From the NCBI RefSeq assembly GCF_006345805.1, contig NW_021834876.1, forward strand, positions 1 through 45,609: a stretch of DNA of 45,609 nucleotides, written 5' to 3'. The notes below the pieces were generated by a model. The model made no database searches, had not been told where the DNA came from, and worked only from the letters and a program-made list of their open reading frames with translations. Shown here piece after piece: positions 23,891 to 37,103 of the stretch. Origin of the DNA: Octopus sinensis (taxonomy: Eukaryota). The position numbers and the translations under genes were made by a program. The number at the start of each line of letters is the position of its first letter. Position 1 is the first letter of the stretch.

Positions 23891-24240
23891 TCTTTTACTT
23901 ATTTCAGTAATTAGACTACGGCCATGCTGGAGCCCACACTTTGAAGAATTTTTAATCGAATGAATCGATCCCAGTACTTATTAGTACTTATTCTATTGCT
24001 GAACCGCTAAGTTACTGGGGCGTAAACCCACCAACACAGGTCATCAAGCAGTGGTGGGGGACAAACACAGATACAAAGACGCGCGCGTGCACACGCACAC
24101 ACACACATACACACATACAACAGGCTTCTTTCAGTTTCCGCTCACCAAATCCATGGCTTTGGTTGGCCCGATGCTAACAGTGGGACTGAACCCGGAATCA
24201 TGTGTTTAGGAAGCAAAGTTCTTAACACACAGCCGTGCCT
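23891..24240 (-). mobile_element. SINE family B, diverged
   Basis: Tail, body and gtgggactgaacccggaatcatg B-box region. Confidence 0.8.
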
Positions 24241-25613
24241 GTTATCTTCATAAATGCAACCTCTCCAAAACCCACTAATATACAGTATACACCGACAAAT
24301 ATTGACTACTGAACTAAGTAATAACCCCTTAGGAAAACCCAAACCACATTACATAACATAAAACCCAAATGTCCCCATGAGATTAGTAACTACAAAAGGG
24401 ACGAGGGAACACATCGCACTTTTAAGGATGGCTCGTCAGCTTTTGTCTCCACCCGGCACCCAACTCTCACCTAGGGGTCGAAGTAGCTGTTTCCATGCAA
24501 CGGCAACCCACAGCCTGATAAACCGCGGATTGAACCAGTTGAGCGTAGCCAACTGGTATATAACTTTTGGTGAAGATGGTGTCAGGCAAACTCTGCGGAA
24601 GAACCTCCTGTGGATCAACAGAGAGAAAGGGAGCAACAACAATCAATTGTGGAATGCAGAGAGCAAGACGGAACTACCGAGACGCCTTGGTTACCTATTA
24701 TTAATTTCCATCCCCAGTTGTCTTGATCTCGAGTTGTCACTGGATTGAAGGTGATCGTAGACGAAAGAGCGGGGTTAACAATATGCAAATGTCCTTGGCT
24801 TGATGGTTATCATCGCTCCGACATACGTATATGCCTCATTGATTCGAAAAGTGTGTGCTACAAGGGTATGTTATATACGGACACACTGATATGCACAAAT
24901 ATTCCTGAGGAGTGTGGAATCCCTATTGTTCCCAAGTTTACTCTGACTCAAACTAGTAACACCTATAAGGGTCCTAGCTTTGGGTTAATTAACATATTAG
25001 GGCCTACCTACCTATACTTGGAAGACTGGATCTAGTGTGAAAGAAACGTTCATAGTTTAACAGAGAGGAAGGCAGATGTGATAACACATTGTAGAGTGCA
25101 GAAAACATTTAGGTCATCCACTGCATCTGTCTCCATCCCTAGTTGTTTTGGCCTTGTCTGCTACTGGACTGAAGGTGGACACGAACGACAGAGTGAGGTT
25201 GAAAGTGCGCAATTTTCCTTGACTTGAAACAAAGTTAACGCGCAAGTCATCAGTCATGTTTGGATGGATTGATGGTTATCGTAGCCTCGACGGACGAACA
25301 TGCATCACTGATTCGTGAAGGCTGTCACTACATATGGAACTGGTATCTACAAATATCCTGGATATTCCTTAATTCTCCGATGATGGAACGAGTAATTACT
25401 AATACCCTTTTCAAAAGACATTCCTTAATTCTTCCTCACTGAAGATGGTATAGTTGGCTTTTATATGGAAACGTTTTCTCAATGAGATAGCACCATATCC
25501 CCAGCTATTCTAGAAACAGCTGTAAGCGAATTTATGCACAGATCCTTAATCCCTTATTTACTCTAATAACGATTATGCAATTATGCTTGAACTATAAATT
25601 CCATGCTCTAAAG

Positions 25614-26133
25614 CAGGGGTCGCCAATGGACCCCATTTCGACAATGGACCCCATTTAGCCACTTCTCCTTCCGCATCAACGCCCTTTAGTCACTTCGCCT
25701 TCCACATCGACCACCCTCCTCATTTAAACTATCTTAATATCCTACCCTACTGTACCATATCTTAAATGCGTACCGGGTACTGATACTGGCAATTAAGATG
25801 TTAGCTAAACTATACATGCATGACAAGTTAAGAAATTCTATTGATGACACACTTTTTACATTTAAAACTACGTGTACGAGTACACAGTATTGAACTTCCA
25901 ATTTTTATGAAATTGTTTTCACGGTTAGAAAATGTGAAAAACGCATCATATTGCTGGAATATCTTTTATTGAAATTGACAAGATCAGTGTTAGGGATGAG
26001 CATGGCACTGATTAAGTATTTCAAGCAGTTCATCTGGGTGAGCTAGTCTTTCGCATGCCGACCCCCATTCGACCTCTTGGCTATCATTGACCCCCTGTAT
26101 TTCCTCGCCGACACCGCCCCTTTGGCGACCCTG
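25614..26133. mobile_element. hAT-type MITE
   Basis: TIRs caggggtcgccaa and ttggcgaccctg, with subterminal gacccc repeats; TSD not clean. Confidence 0.7.
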
Positions 26134-26304
26134 ATTTAGATAAATAGATAGATAGACAGTTAGATAGGTATATAATATATATATATATATTATAATATAT
26201 ATATTATATAGAGATAGAGAGAGAGAGAGAGAGACAGAGAGACAGAGAGAGAGAGAGAGAAGAGATAGAAAGAAAGAAAGACAGGCAGTTAGATGGATAG
26301 ATAA

Positions 26305-26382
<78 letters not shown>

Positions 26383-26773
26383 ACAGACAGGCAGATAGAT
26401 AGATAGATAGATAGATAGATTATGTAGCTAGGGGTATAAACGCTTCACCTATATTTAAATTTTCTATTATTTTGATTCTCTGCCTGAAGAATTTCTAATA
26501 AGAGATATCTTGCATATTTTCTCTTACATGTACACTCCTGTAACTCATATTAGCCAATGAAATACGCGAATAAATAATACCAAAATATTCCATTCTCCTG
26601 TTTTGATATATGCCCATAATTTGTTTATCGCCATAATTGCTTCTATCCTCGCTAAACCTGATCCCTCTATATCCTTTCTTTACCGCGTGGATAAGCGCCT
26701 GAAAATACATCAGAGCTTTTGAGCACTTACTTAGTGTCTTCTATACTGAGAATATCTGGATCTCATCTATGAA

Positions 26774-26820
<47 letters not shown>

Positions 26821-26961
26821 CCATCAACCGCAATATATATATATAATAATTATATATATATATATATTATATATATATATATTATATTATATATAATATA
26901 TATATATATATTTATTATTGTATGTATGTATGTATGTATGTATGTACAGATATGTATGTAT

Positions 26962-27004
<43 letters not shown>

Positions 27005-27462
27005 ATATATTAATTGTATATACACGTATGTTTGCATAAGGACACAATGTAGAACATATACATAAAGACATTCATACTAACACACACTTAAAAGCACGAA
27101 CTCATACATACAGCCATAAGCAGTAACATGCGCGTAGTATCAAGTAGCCAACATCAAACTGAGGCCGCTGTGGTTCTCTGTTAAAGATCGCACACGCCTG
27201 ATTAGAGGAGATGCGTTTCATTCAAGAAGAAATCATCGACGGGTGAGATCAGTAGACCACACACCTGAGTCTCCTTGTCATTCATACAAGACATATAAGA
27301 TAGGCACGAATCTACGGAGACGGACACAGACAAAATCGCGCGCGCGCACACACACACACAAAGAGTGAGAGACACAAAGAAAGAGTGAGAGAGCTAAAGG
27401 AAGAGAGATGTAATAGATAAAGTCACATCGATAAAGGAACAATCAGACAGATGAATGTGTGT

Positions 27463-27499
<37 letters not shown>

Positions 27500-27904
27500 C
27501 GTGTATGATATATATAAACATACACGTATATCTATCCTCCCATCCTCCTTAATCCCTTCTTTCTCCTTTTCTCTTGGTCACTGATTCTGTCCCCTGCCTT
27601 CCACCCTCTTTGATTCCCTCTCTCTCTGTCTCTCTTTCTCTCTCTCTCCTGCAACCTGCTGCTTCTTAAACCATTCTGTTGGCCATCGTATCTCGACCAA
27701 CATGTGTCCCCGCTACCGAAACGGTAATTATTTCTACGCCAGCTATGGTTGTTGTTTTTGTCTCATTTGGTCTAAAGTCGTATGACAACCACCGTATATA
27801 TATTTTGTTTTTCATTACTGTTTTCAATTTCGTTTCGTCTCTTGTATTTACATCCGTCTTGTGCGTTCACATTCCTGTCTTCTACCAAGAAATCTAATGC
27901 TTAC

Positions 27905-28020
27905 AGCTTAGTTTTTTTTCTTGGGGCTGGCCGAGTTGGAGCAAATATCAGAATTGAACAGCCGAAATTTGCTATGATGATTCGGTGTCTGACTGAAGAT
28001 TGAAGGCTTCGAATGATTTG
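27905..28020 (+). repeat. dispersed repeat, second copy inverted at 36062-36168
   Basis: Shared ttagttt..cttggg.ctggcc..ttggagcaa..cagccgaaatt..gactgaagatt.aaggcttcgaatga. Confidence 0.7.
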
Positions 28021-28093
28021 TCTGTGTTCCGTGTTCGTCCCTTCCTGTATTTCACGTTCATTATATATAAAAACACATCATTCTTATATATTA

Positions 28094-28136
<43 letters not shown>

Positions 28137-28404
28137 CAATCACACACACAATCACACAACACCTACGTACACACGCACGCATACAAAGACTAACATATAC
28201 ACAGATACAAGCACATTTCCAACTTGAGATACATGTATAGAAAAAACTTTTACTTGTCCAGTGAAGAGATCAGCTCGTGACCCCACTAAGCTGTCCCTTT
28301 CTTCCATAAAGGCCCTACTCATAACGTTATTAAACTTCTTCCTTTATTTACAGCATAAATCTTAAATCTATCTTTCTATCTATCTCTACATGCATACATA
28401 CATA

Positions 28405-28624
28405 CACGAAGTGGGTGCTGAAAAGTTCCTGGCTTTCGGTAAAAGAAAATACAGGAGGATCGGTTAATTATGATTTTATTCAGCATATTCCCCTCTCAGA
28501 TTCACACTTATTGCAGCAATCCTTTAATTTTTCTAAACCCTGTAATAGAATTCAGAAGGTTGGGCTTCCAACCAAGCCTTTTGCAATCTCCTAACAACTA
28601 CGAACCTTTCAACCTCCCTTCGTA
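28405..28624. mobile_element. mariner-type MITE
   Basis: TIRs (t)acgaagtgggtgctgaaaagttc and gaacctttcaacctcccttcgta at TA sites. Confidence 0.7.
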
Positions 28625-28629
28625 CATAC

Positions 28630-28672
<43 letters not shown>

Positions 28673-28824
28673 TATTCGAGACAAAACCACTATTTTGCAA
28701 AACAAACAAGGAAAGACTTAATCAATACATAAAATTTTATATTTTACTATAAAATCGATTTAATCCTAAATCTGATTTTTTCCCTGTAAATTTGGATTAT
28801 TCCCTAATATTTATTATTATATTA

Positions 28825-28869
<45 letters not shown>

Positions 28870-28931
28870 TATATATATATATATATATATATTATGTATA
28901 TATATGTATGTATGTATATAGTATATATATA

Positions 28932-29290
28932 TACCGTAAATCCTCGAGTATAATCCGCATATTTAAAGGTCAAAATTTAAAGGTCAGAATCCCTAGTGCG
29001 TATTATATACGAGGTTAAAAAGGAAAATTATTTGTCCGAGTCTCTATTTGCTGCCCGACAATGTTTATTCAGACGCATTTTGTGATGTCGGGCGCGAAAA
29101 TACCTTAAGCTAAGCCTGAAAGCAATGAAGTTCATAAAAAAAAATCATCCATAACTTGCTTTAAGCAACATTTATTAAACGTTATTACTGTTATTACAGT
29201 TATTTCTTTATTTTCTGCAAACAAAATGCACAAAAAAGTTTTTGTGTGCGTCATACTTTCGGCAGGTAGCATGTTGCTATTTCTAACAGT
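28932..29290 (+). mobile_element. pogo/Tigger-like element left end
   Basis: Begins TACCGTAAATCCTCGAGTATAA after (TA)n, like pogo-class TIRs; right TIR not found. Confidence 0.45.
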
Positions 29291-29640
29291 GACACGCAAA
29301 GATTCACACTCCTGTTTGATGTACCACCGCAGACTTCTCATTAACAACACAGCTCCTGCATTCTATGAGACCTCTTCCTCCCTTGTTTCTAGGTACATAT
29401 AGCCTATCAGTGACACTTTGTGGGTGCAGTTCCTTGTTAATTGTCATTATTTTCCTGGTCTTTCTATCCATTTCCTCAAGCTCAGCCCTTGTCCACCTAA
29501 CAACACCTGCGCGTATTGCATTAAGGAAATAGTCCATGTATTCATTGCTCTGATCTTGTTTTTTCCATTGAATTTACTTCCCATAATTAATTTAGTTCTG
29601 AGATATTCTCACCTAAAACTTTTCTTCATCTCACTCTCTT
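29290..29640 (-). pseudogene. R4/Dong-clade LINE reverse transcriptase C-terminal fragment
   Basis: AGVVRWTRAELEEMDRKTRKIMTINKELHPQSVTDRLYVPRNKGGRGL. Confidence 0.8.
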
Positions 29641-29694
29641 TTATTACTTATTTTTATTATTATTCTAATTATTATTATTCTAATTATTATTCTA

Positions 29695-29751
<57 letters not shown>

Positions 29752-29754
<3 letters not shown>

Positions 29755-30055
29755 TAGCTTTATTTTTATAGCGTGCTTTCACTTCACTACCGAGCGCAGC
29801 TCTGTGTGCCTTGGGTATGTGCTGTGATTTGTTGTGATGCTCTGATGGTTATTGTATGGAAAGTGTTCTGCTTAGGATGTGTGCAGTACCTAGTAGTGCA
29901 ATTTTCTGTATGTTATATGTGTTTGTAAGTCCTGGTGTTTTTGTTATGTATTTGTCTGAATATGTATTTGTTATGTATTTGTCTAATGCACCTACTATGA
30001 TAGGAATTGTTTCTGTTTTTAGATTCCACATTCTGGTTACCTCTATTTCCAGGTC

Positions 30056-30057
<2 letters not shown>
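29752..30057 (-). mobile_element. 5'-truncated R4/Dong-clade LINE 3' end within (AAT)n
   Basis: IPIIVGAL...IQKIALLGTAHILSRTLS stop (restriction-like endonuclease C-terminus) plus 3' UTR; (AAT)n on both sides. Confidence 0.8.
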
Positions 30058-30129
<72 letters not shown>

Positions 30130-30421
30130 CATTATTATTATTATAAACTTTCCTTCTTTTATACTTGTGTTCTAGTGTTACGCTTTCAAATGTAACAAGT
30201 GGGAAAATTTCAAGTCATAGTTTTGATACGTGCTTAGTCATGAGACTAACTTAGGTAGTATGGGGCTCACTCCACACTTATCCCTGTGGCAGGAATTTAT
30301 AAAAGCGCTATTATTATTATTATTATTAATTATTATTATTATTATTATTATTTCATCGTGAAACAAAAACCTTGCAATATATTACACTATATATATATTA
30401 TATATAATATATATATATATG

Positions 30422-30554
30422 TAGGTCCCGGGTTGAGTCGGGGTTAACCACAGTAAATAAGTACTCAATACATAGCAGAGTAAATTAATTTATTTTATAG
30501 AAGGAGCTCTACAGGACTAGAACTGTTTCATTCAAAGAAATCATCAGGAAGCTT
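30422..30554 (-). mobile_element. 133-bp hammerhead-bearing unit, same family as 9804-9939
   Basis: Minus strand aagcttc-CTGATGA-tttctttgaat-GAAAC-agttctagtcct-GTA^gagctcc...cccgggaccta; (TA)n on both sides. Confidence 0.8.
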
Positions 30555-30568
30555 ATATATATATATAT

Positions 30569-30613
<45 letters not shown>

Positions 30614-30831
30614 AGTATAATATAATGTGATATATATATTATATTACATATATATACATATATATATATATAATATATATTATAAATGTTATGTTATATT
30701 TTATTGTATTATATTATGTTATACACACACACGCACATACACATACACAGACACACACACAGAGGAAAGCACATAAATGTAAAACAAGGTGGAAACGAAT
30801 AGTACTCGAATACTGAAGGTAGAGTAAAATG

Positions 30832-30958
30832 CTTTTATTAAAGCTCGAAAAATCTTCACTCAGAGTTTCATGTTATCGTTCGTCGGACAGTTGTGACGAA
30901 CGGGAACATGAAAGACTGAGTCACAGTTTATGAAAGATCTTGACAGCTTTAATAAAAG
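30832..30958. repeat. head-to-head inverted pair of decayed hammerheads
   Basis: Minus CTGT-CCGACGA-ACGATAACAT-GAAACTCTGAGTG; plus GTGACGA-ACGGGAACAT-GAAAGACTGAGTC-ACAG; both end agctttaataaaag. Confidence 0.6.
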
Positions 30959-30960
30959 TA

Positions 30961-31430
<470 letters not shown>

Positions 31431-31613
31431 TATATATTAATTTTATCTTTTACATATTGCATAGGGATAGCAGGTAACATCAACTGGTATATCCTTATTT
31501 CTCTTTTTCTCCTTTTTCTTTATTTTCCGCTCTGATGAAGTTTCACTATTTAAGTTGGTATAATTAACAGCGATAAATATTATTATAAATTTGAAATAGT
31601 AATGATGATAATA

Positions 31614-31804
31614 ATCCTTTCTACTGGTAGATGTGACTAGTCGATTATGTCGACTCCTGTGTTTCACTGGTACTTAAGTTATCGACCCTGAAAGGATAAA
31701 AGGCAAAGTCGACTTTGGCGGAATTTGAACTCAGAGCGTAAAAGCTGACGAAATGTTGCTAAGCATTTGCCCGGTGAGGTAACGATTCTGCCAGCTCGTC
31801 GCCT
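31614..31804 (-). mobile_element. SINE family A
   Basis: A and B boxes on minus. Confidence 0.8.
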
Positions 31805-32098
31805 TAATCATAATAGTTATACTGAAATACAAGGAATTAGTTGAATTATTTGCTTCCGTTCCTTACACTTCTTTGCAACAATACCACCTCATCACCACTA
31901 TACGTTTTTACCACCACATTTCCAGTGGAACGAGGAAGAGATATCAGGTTTTAAGATGGCGTACAACGGACGAACACAATGATGATTTGTGTGGATGTTA
32001 CCATATTTATGTCTTCTTACTCGTCATCGTCCAAGCTTTCATATTTTCTTCCTTTCGTACTACTATGATATATATGCACACACACATATATATCCATG

Positions 32099-32150
<52 letters not shown>

Positions 32151-33280
32151 CTTTCTTTTCTGCTTCTTTTTCAACTGTGTCAGGTTCTACGATAGACGGA
32201 AGATTGGAAGATTTTTGATAATGCCGTTGGTCTCATGTTTTGTTTTCGTGTTGTTTAATTTAGGTGTTTATTTATTTTTTCTCCTGTCAGCGCTACCGTG
32301 AAGAGAGAATGATGGGAGAGATAGATTGATATAATTTTCACTCTTGGCTACTGTGAAAACACACGCACACACACGCCGACACACACATAGGGGTATCTGT
32401 ACGCATACACACACGTATATAGATATATATGTATGCATCTATATTTATATATATATGGTTATACATGTGTATATATACACATGTACATACATAGGTGTAT
32501 ACACATACACACATACACACACACACACACACATATATACATATAGATAGATAGATACACACAGGCAGCGTGCATATATATGTTCACGCAATCACATGAA
32601 CACACACATGCACAGACATACGCGCACACATACATGTACATACATACGCGCGCGCACGCACACACACACACACACACTCACACACACGCACACACACACT
32701 CTCATTGAGGATATCGGAAGATAAACTGTCTCACTGTCACACTGAATCCCAAGAATCTATAAACATGGAAACAGGCAAAAATTCTACCAGCAAGCGTAAC
32801 TTTCGTGTCTGTAACGACGTCTGTCTTTATCGAGAAAAGAGTGTTCTGGATTCATGTCCATGAATTGTATGTATTATATATGTCTATGTACATAGAAGTG
32901 AGAGAGAGAGAGAGAGGGGGGGGGGTGACGGCCCTTGTATTTTTTTTGCCTCCCACCAGCGATTGACAACTAGTGTTGGTTGTACTACTTCTGTAAAAGT
33001 GACCAACAGAATAGATTTCAAAGAAGGTAAAAAAAAATTTTAATACTGGTATCGATTCGTTCGGCAAAAACCCTTTAAGACGGTGCTCCAGAATGACCGC
33101 AATCTAATCACTGAAGCAAGTAAAAGAAAAAAGAATTAAAGGTAAACAACCGTTCAAACCTCTGTCACATCATGGGCACAGTTTAATGACTTACAAGAGT
33201 AAGAGGGTAAAATAGTAAAACCATTATTGACCGCTAGCCGCTAAAGCTTTTTTTTATTATCTCTGTTTATTTTCTCTTAT

Positions 33281-33320
33281 TTCTTTCTGTTGAAGAGCGT
33301 AGGCTCGAAACGTAAAAGAA
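33281..33320 (+). ncRNA. minimal hammerhead of the 6447 family, A6U variant
   Basis: TTCTTT-CTGTTGA-A-GAGC(GTAG)GCTC-GAAAC-GTA^AAAGAA; 6-bp stem I. Confidence 0.65.
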
Positions 33321-33634
33321 TTTCTCACTTTCCCGAGCGTTGAACTAATACACTTCTTTGTTGTTTACACAGCTGTCTTTGTTCCAACTGTATATATATA
33401 TACGTTTTATTTATTATTTTGCATATTACTTAATCATTGTTATATGTTTTATCGTATATTTAATTTTTCTATATGTAATTTTTCTAAATGGTATAACTTA
33501 ATTTTCATAATTGAATTGATAAAAGGTGTTTTTTTTTTCTAATTTATATATGTATTATACTTTGTAAAATTTGATTTAGTTTTTCTAAATTGAATTTTTC
33601 CTTGTAAGTTTGGAATAATATTCCCTCATATTAT

Positions 33635-33669
<35 letters not shown>

Positions 33670-33710
33670 TAAGAAAGTTGGTTTGTGAAAGCACGTGGTT
33701 GAATATATAG

Positions 33711-34240
33711 AAAATAGTAAAAAGTGAAAAAACTACAGAAGGCTTAAAGGTTAAAAAATATATATATTTGCGTCAATATGTCTGAAGAATATAAAAATTT
33801 TTTTTTTCCTTACAATGACAATTTAGAAGAAAGACCGGTTTCGCGTTTAGCTTTTCAAATTTCTTGCGACGTTATGTTTATGTTGAATAGAGTTATCGTT
33901 ATGTTTATGTTCAAAAGAGTTCTAAATAAGGGGAGGTAATGAGTGATTTCTTCCGGTGTAAGGGAGATAATCGCTTAAAAATTTTTTCCTTTCCCTTGGT
34001 GTAAATTTCTCTGTATCAGTATGTTGGCATGGTTAAGTCTGGGCTTGTACTTTTCAATGAAGAATGTTTCCTTGTTTAGTCGCAAGAAATTTGAAAAGCT
34101 AAACGCGAAACCGGTCTTTCTTCTAAATTATGTCATTGTAAGGAAAAAATTTTTTTTAATATTCTTCAGACATATTGACGCAAATATATATATATTTTTA
34201 ACCTTTAAGCTTCTGTAGTTTTTTCACTTTTTACTATTTT
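33711..34240. repeat. inverted repeat, about 160-bp near-identical arms (33711-33871 and 34079-34240)
   Basis: Arms are reverse complements; each has GAAACCGGTC reading outward. Confidence 0.88.
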
Positions 34241-34242
34241 AT

Positions 34243-34291
<49 letters not shown>

Positions 34292-34450
34292 TATATATAT
34301 ATGTAATACATGTATGTATGTATGTATGTATGTATATATGTATGTATGCATATATATATATATGTATGTATGTATGCATATATATATATATGTATGTATA
34401 TTAATATATAATATATATATATATATATAATATATATATATATATTATAT

Positions 34451-34482
<32 letters not shown>

Positions 34483-34484
<2 letters not shown>

Positions 34485-34975
34485 CAGAGTTGTACAGAAT
34501 AATGGAACATCTAGCATCATAACTTCATAATTTTGAAATATCTATAAAACTGTCCAAAAAATCTTGTATATTTTTATGTATTTTGATTTATCATTAGTGT
34601 TGCTTAATATGTTTTGCTAAAATTGGTATTTTCTTTTCAGAAAAAGGTAAATAAAATTCATTAAAGTGACAGATCTATGGGACTTCAAAGCGGTCAAATT
34701 GTTGATGCTCGTATGGCAGACACAAGCGTAAGGAAAACAGCCGAAATGTTTGGTGTATCAAGAAGTACTGTTTCAAACGTAATGACAGCCTTTGAGAAAG
34801 AGAGAAAAACCATCGGACTCTTACGCGAATTGTTAGAAAGGAACACAAGAGTAAAGCTCTCAAAATTACTGCAGAGAACCCAGTTTCCACAAAAACTGTC
34901 CGCCGGGAGCTGCATATGCCAGATTTCACGGGAGGGCTGCAACAGGAAAACCACTATTTTCAAAAACAAACGTGT
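34483..34975 (+). pseudogene. Tc1-like transposon 5' end with transposase HTH remnant
   Basis: TA-CAGAGTTG start; GQIVDARMADTSVRKTAEMFGVSRSTVSNVMTAFEKE. Confidence 0.75.
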
Positions 34976-35519
34976 GTATGTGTGTGTGTGTGTGTGCGTG
35001 TGTGTGTGATTATATATATATTTGTTTATATATATATATATTGTTGTATTTCGTGATGGTAACTTTTTTTTGCCAAATACACACACGCAGTAATATATTC
35101 GTTCTTCAGTTGTTTATTAGTGTTCTTCTGACTCATGTCCATTGTCCAGAAATCATTTGCCACACATCTGTGACCTCAGCGACACATTCCGTCTTCACGT
35201 GTGCTCTTGCTCTGCCTGTCCTACTCAATTCTTCTGCGTATGTGCGTGTATGTGTGTATGTGTGCATGTGTACATGTGTGTGTGTCATTGTTCCTAGTAG
35301 CACTGTATATATATTTATGTATACCCACATACATCTATACATTCATATATACATATATATATACTTACACACATGCATGTATATACATACGTACATATAG
35401 ACCTCTCTCTCTCTCTCTCTCTATATATATATTATATATATATATTATATATATATAATAAAAGAAATAAAACATATGCGTATATAAACATATATGTACG
35501 TACCTACCTCTACATGTAC

Positions 35520-35655
35520 ATATACACGCATATATGAGTACAGGACACCAAAGGGACGTCGAACACATAGAGAAACGAAAACATAGACACAAACCAAAGG
35601 AACAGGACATTTTTTTAAAAACAACAAAACAACGAAAAAACCCCTTCTTCAGTCG
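35520..35655 (-). repeat. dispersed repeat, second copy on plus strand at about 43770-43900
   Basis: Shared actgaagaagggg...tatgttttcgtttctc..tgtgttc.acg...tgtac.catatatgc. Confidence 0.6.
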
Positions 35656-36166
35656 CTAAAGTTTCATCTACTCTACGTTTCGAAGGACAAAAGCGAGACG
35701 TATCTTCGACAAGAAACTTTCCTTCCTGCGAAAAGCAAATCAATTAAAATTCTGAGATCTTTTCGCAGAGGGGTAAAAAATGGTAAAAAAACGAGACAGT
35801 AACGACAGTACAAAAATATAGACAGTAAAAAAAAATATATATATATATAAACAGTAAAAAAATATATATAACAGTAAAAGACAGGACAGGGAGAACAAGA
35901 TAAGAAGGGCTGTTGACGCCGAACGAAAAAAGTATTGCAAACGCTGAATCTATATGTACGTATGTATATATATAGGCATGTATATAATTACATATATATA
36001 AAAATACAAAATGGGACAAGAACGCAAAACATCCAGATAGGCGATACAAAAAACACTGACTTGTCATTCGAAGCCTTTAATCTTCAGTCAAGAACCGGAT
36101 CATCCTCGCAATTTCGGCTGATTAATCTTGAGATTGCTCCAATCTGGCCAGTCCCAAGGAAAACTA

Positions 36167-36198
<32 letters not shown>

Positions 36199-36230
36199 TA
36201 TAATATAATATATACATACATATATATATA

Positions 36231-36263
<33 letters not shown>

Positions 36264-37103
36264 ATAATATATATATATACACATATATACATGCATGCAT
36301 ACATATATGTGCATGTGTATGTATGTATCTATGTATGTATAGTTGTGTGTGTGTGCATGCTTTTTTTTTATCATACTTGTTACCAATTTTAACCAATGTA
36401 AGCTTTGAGAGGGGATGTGTTTGTATTTAGCCGGCACCATCGACATCATTTCTTGACAAGTACTTCGTTTTTATCGACCCCGGGAGGAATGAAATGCAAA
36501 AGTTGACCTCAAGAGCGTATTGCAGGGCTGAGATTTCGTTTGAGAAAGCAACAACTGAGTGAGATTCGGAACAAATACAGCAAATCATTTTATCCGATAT
36601 TCTAACAAATCCTGCCAATCCACCATAATAACTAGCAGAATACCGCCGCTGCCGCCGCCATTGACAGCGCCGCTGTCGCCACCACCTCTCGGAGTACAGT
36701 GTTTTTGCTAATATATAAAATTCCACAGCAGACGTAGATAACCTCTTTTGACACTGGTGCCCTATTTTTCGTGGCATTGATATTTTAAGTGGTCCTGCCC
36801 CACTGTCTAACACGCACTTGTACTCTACTCCTTTGCTCGCATCATTCAACTTTTCATCGCCCTCCACCCCCATCCCAACATTAGACCCACCCATCCAGCT
36901 TCTAAATTTCAAGACGTCCATTTTGTTTTCTTCAGCTCCCATAAATCGTAGCGTTTTACTTCATCTACGTATGTATGTATGTATGTATGTATGTATGTAT
37001 GTATGTATGTATGTATGTATGTATGTATGTATGCATGCATGTATGTAGGTAGGTAGGTATGTGTGTGTATGTGCATGTCTGTATACTCTTACTCTCTCTT
37101 TTA

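Noticed and set aside
27205-27243. Minus-strand TCGATGA-TTTC..GAAT-GAAACGCATC
   Set aside because: Stem II resembles the 9805 family, but the core is altered and stem I does not pair.
35665-35720. Minus-strand TTGTCGA...CTTC-GAAACGTA-GAG
   Set aside because: Two core mismatches and only a 3-bp stem I.
36427-36942. 171-aa minus-strand ORF
   Set aside because: Partly overlaps a decayed SINE A and a (GCC)n patch; no recognisable family or supported splice sites.
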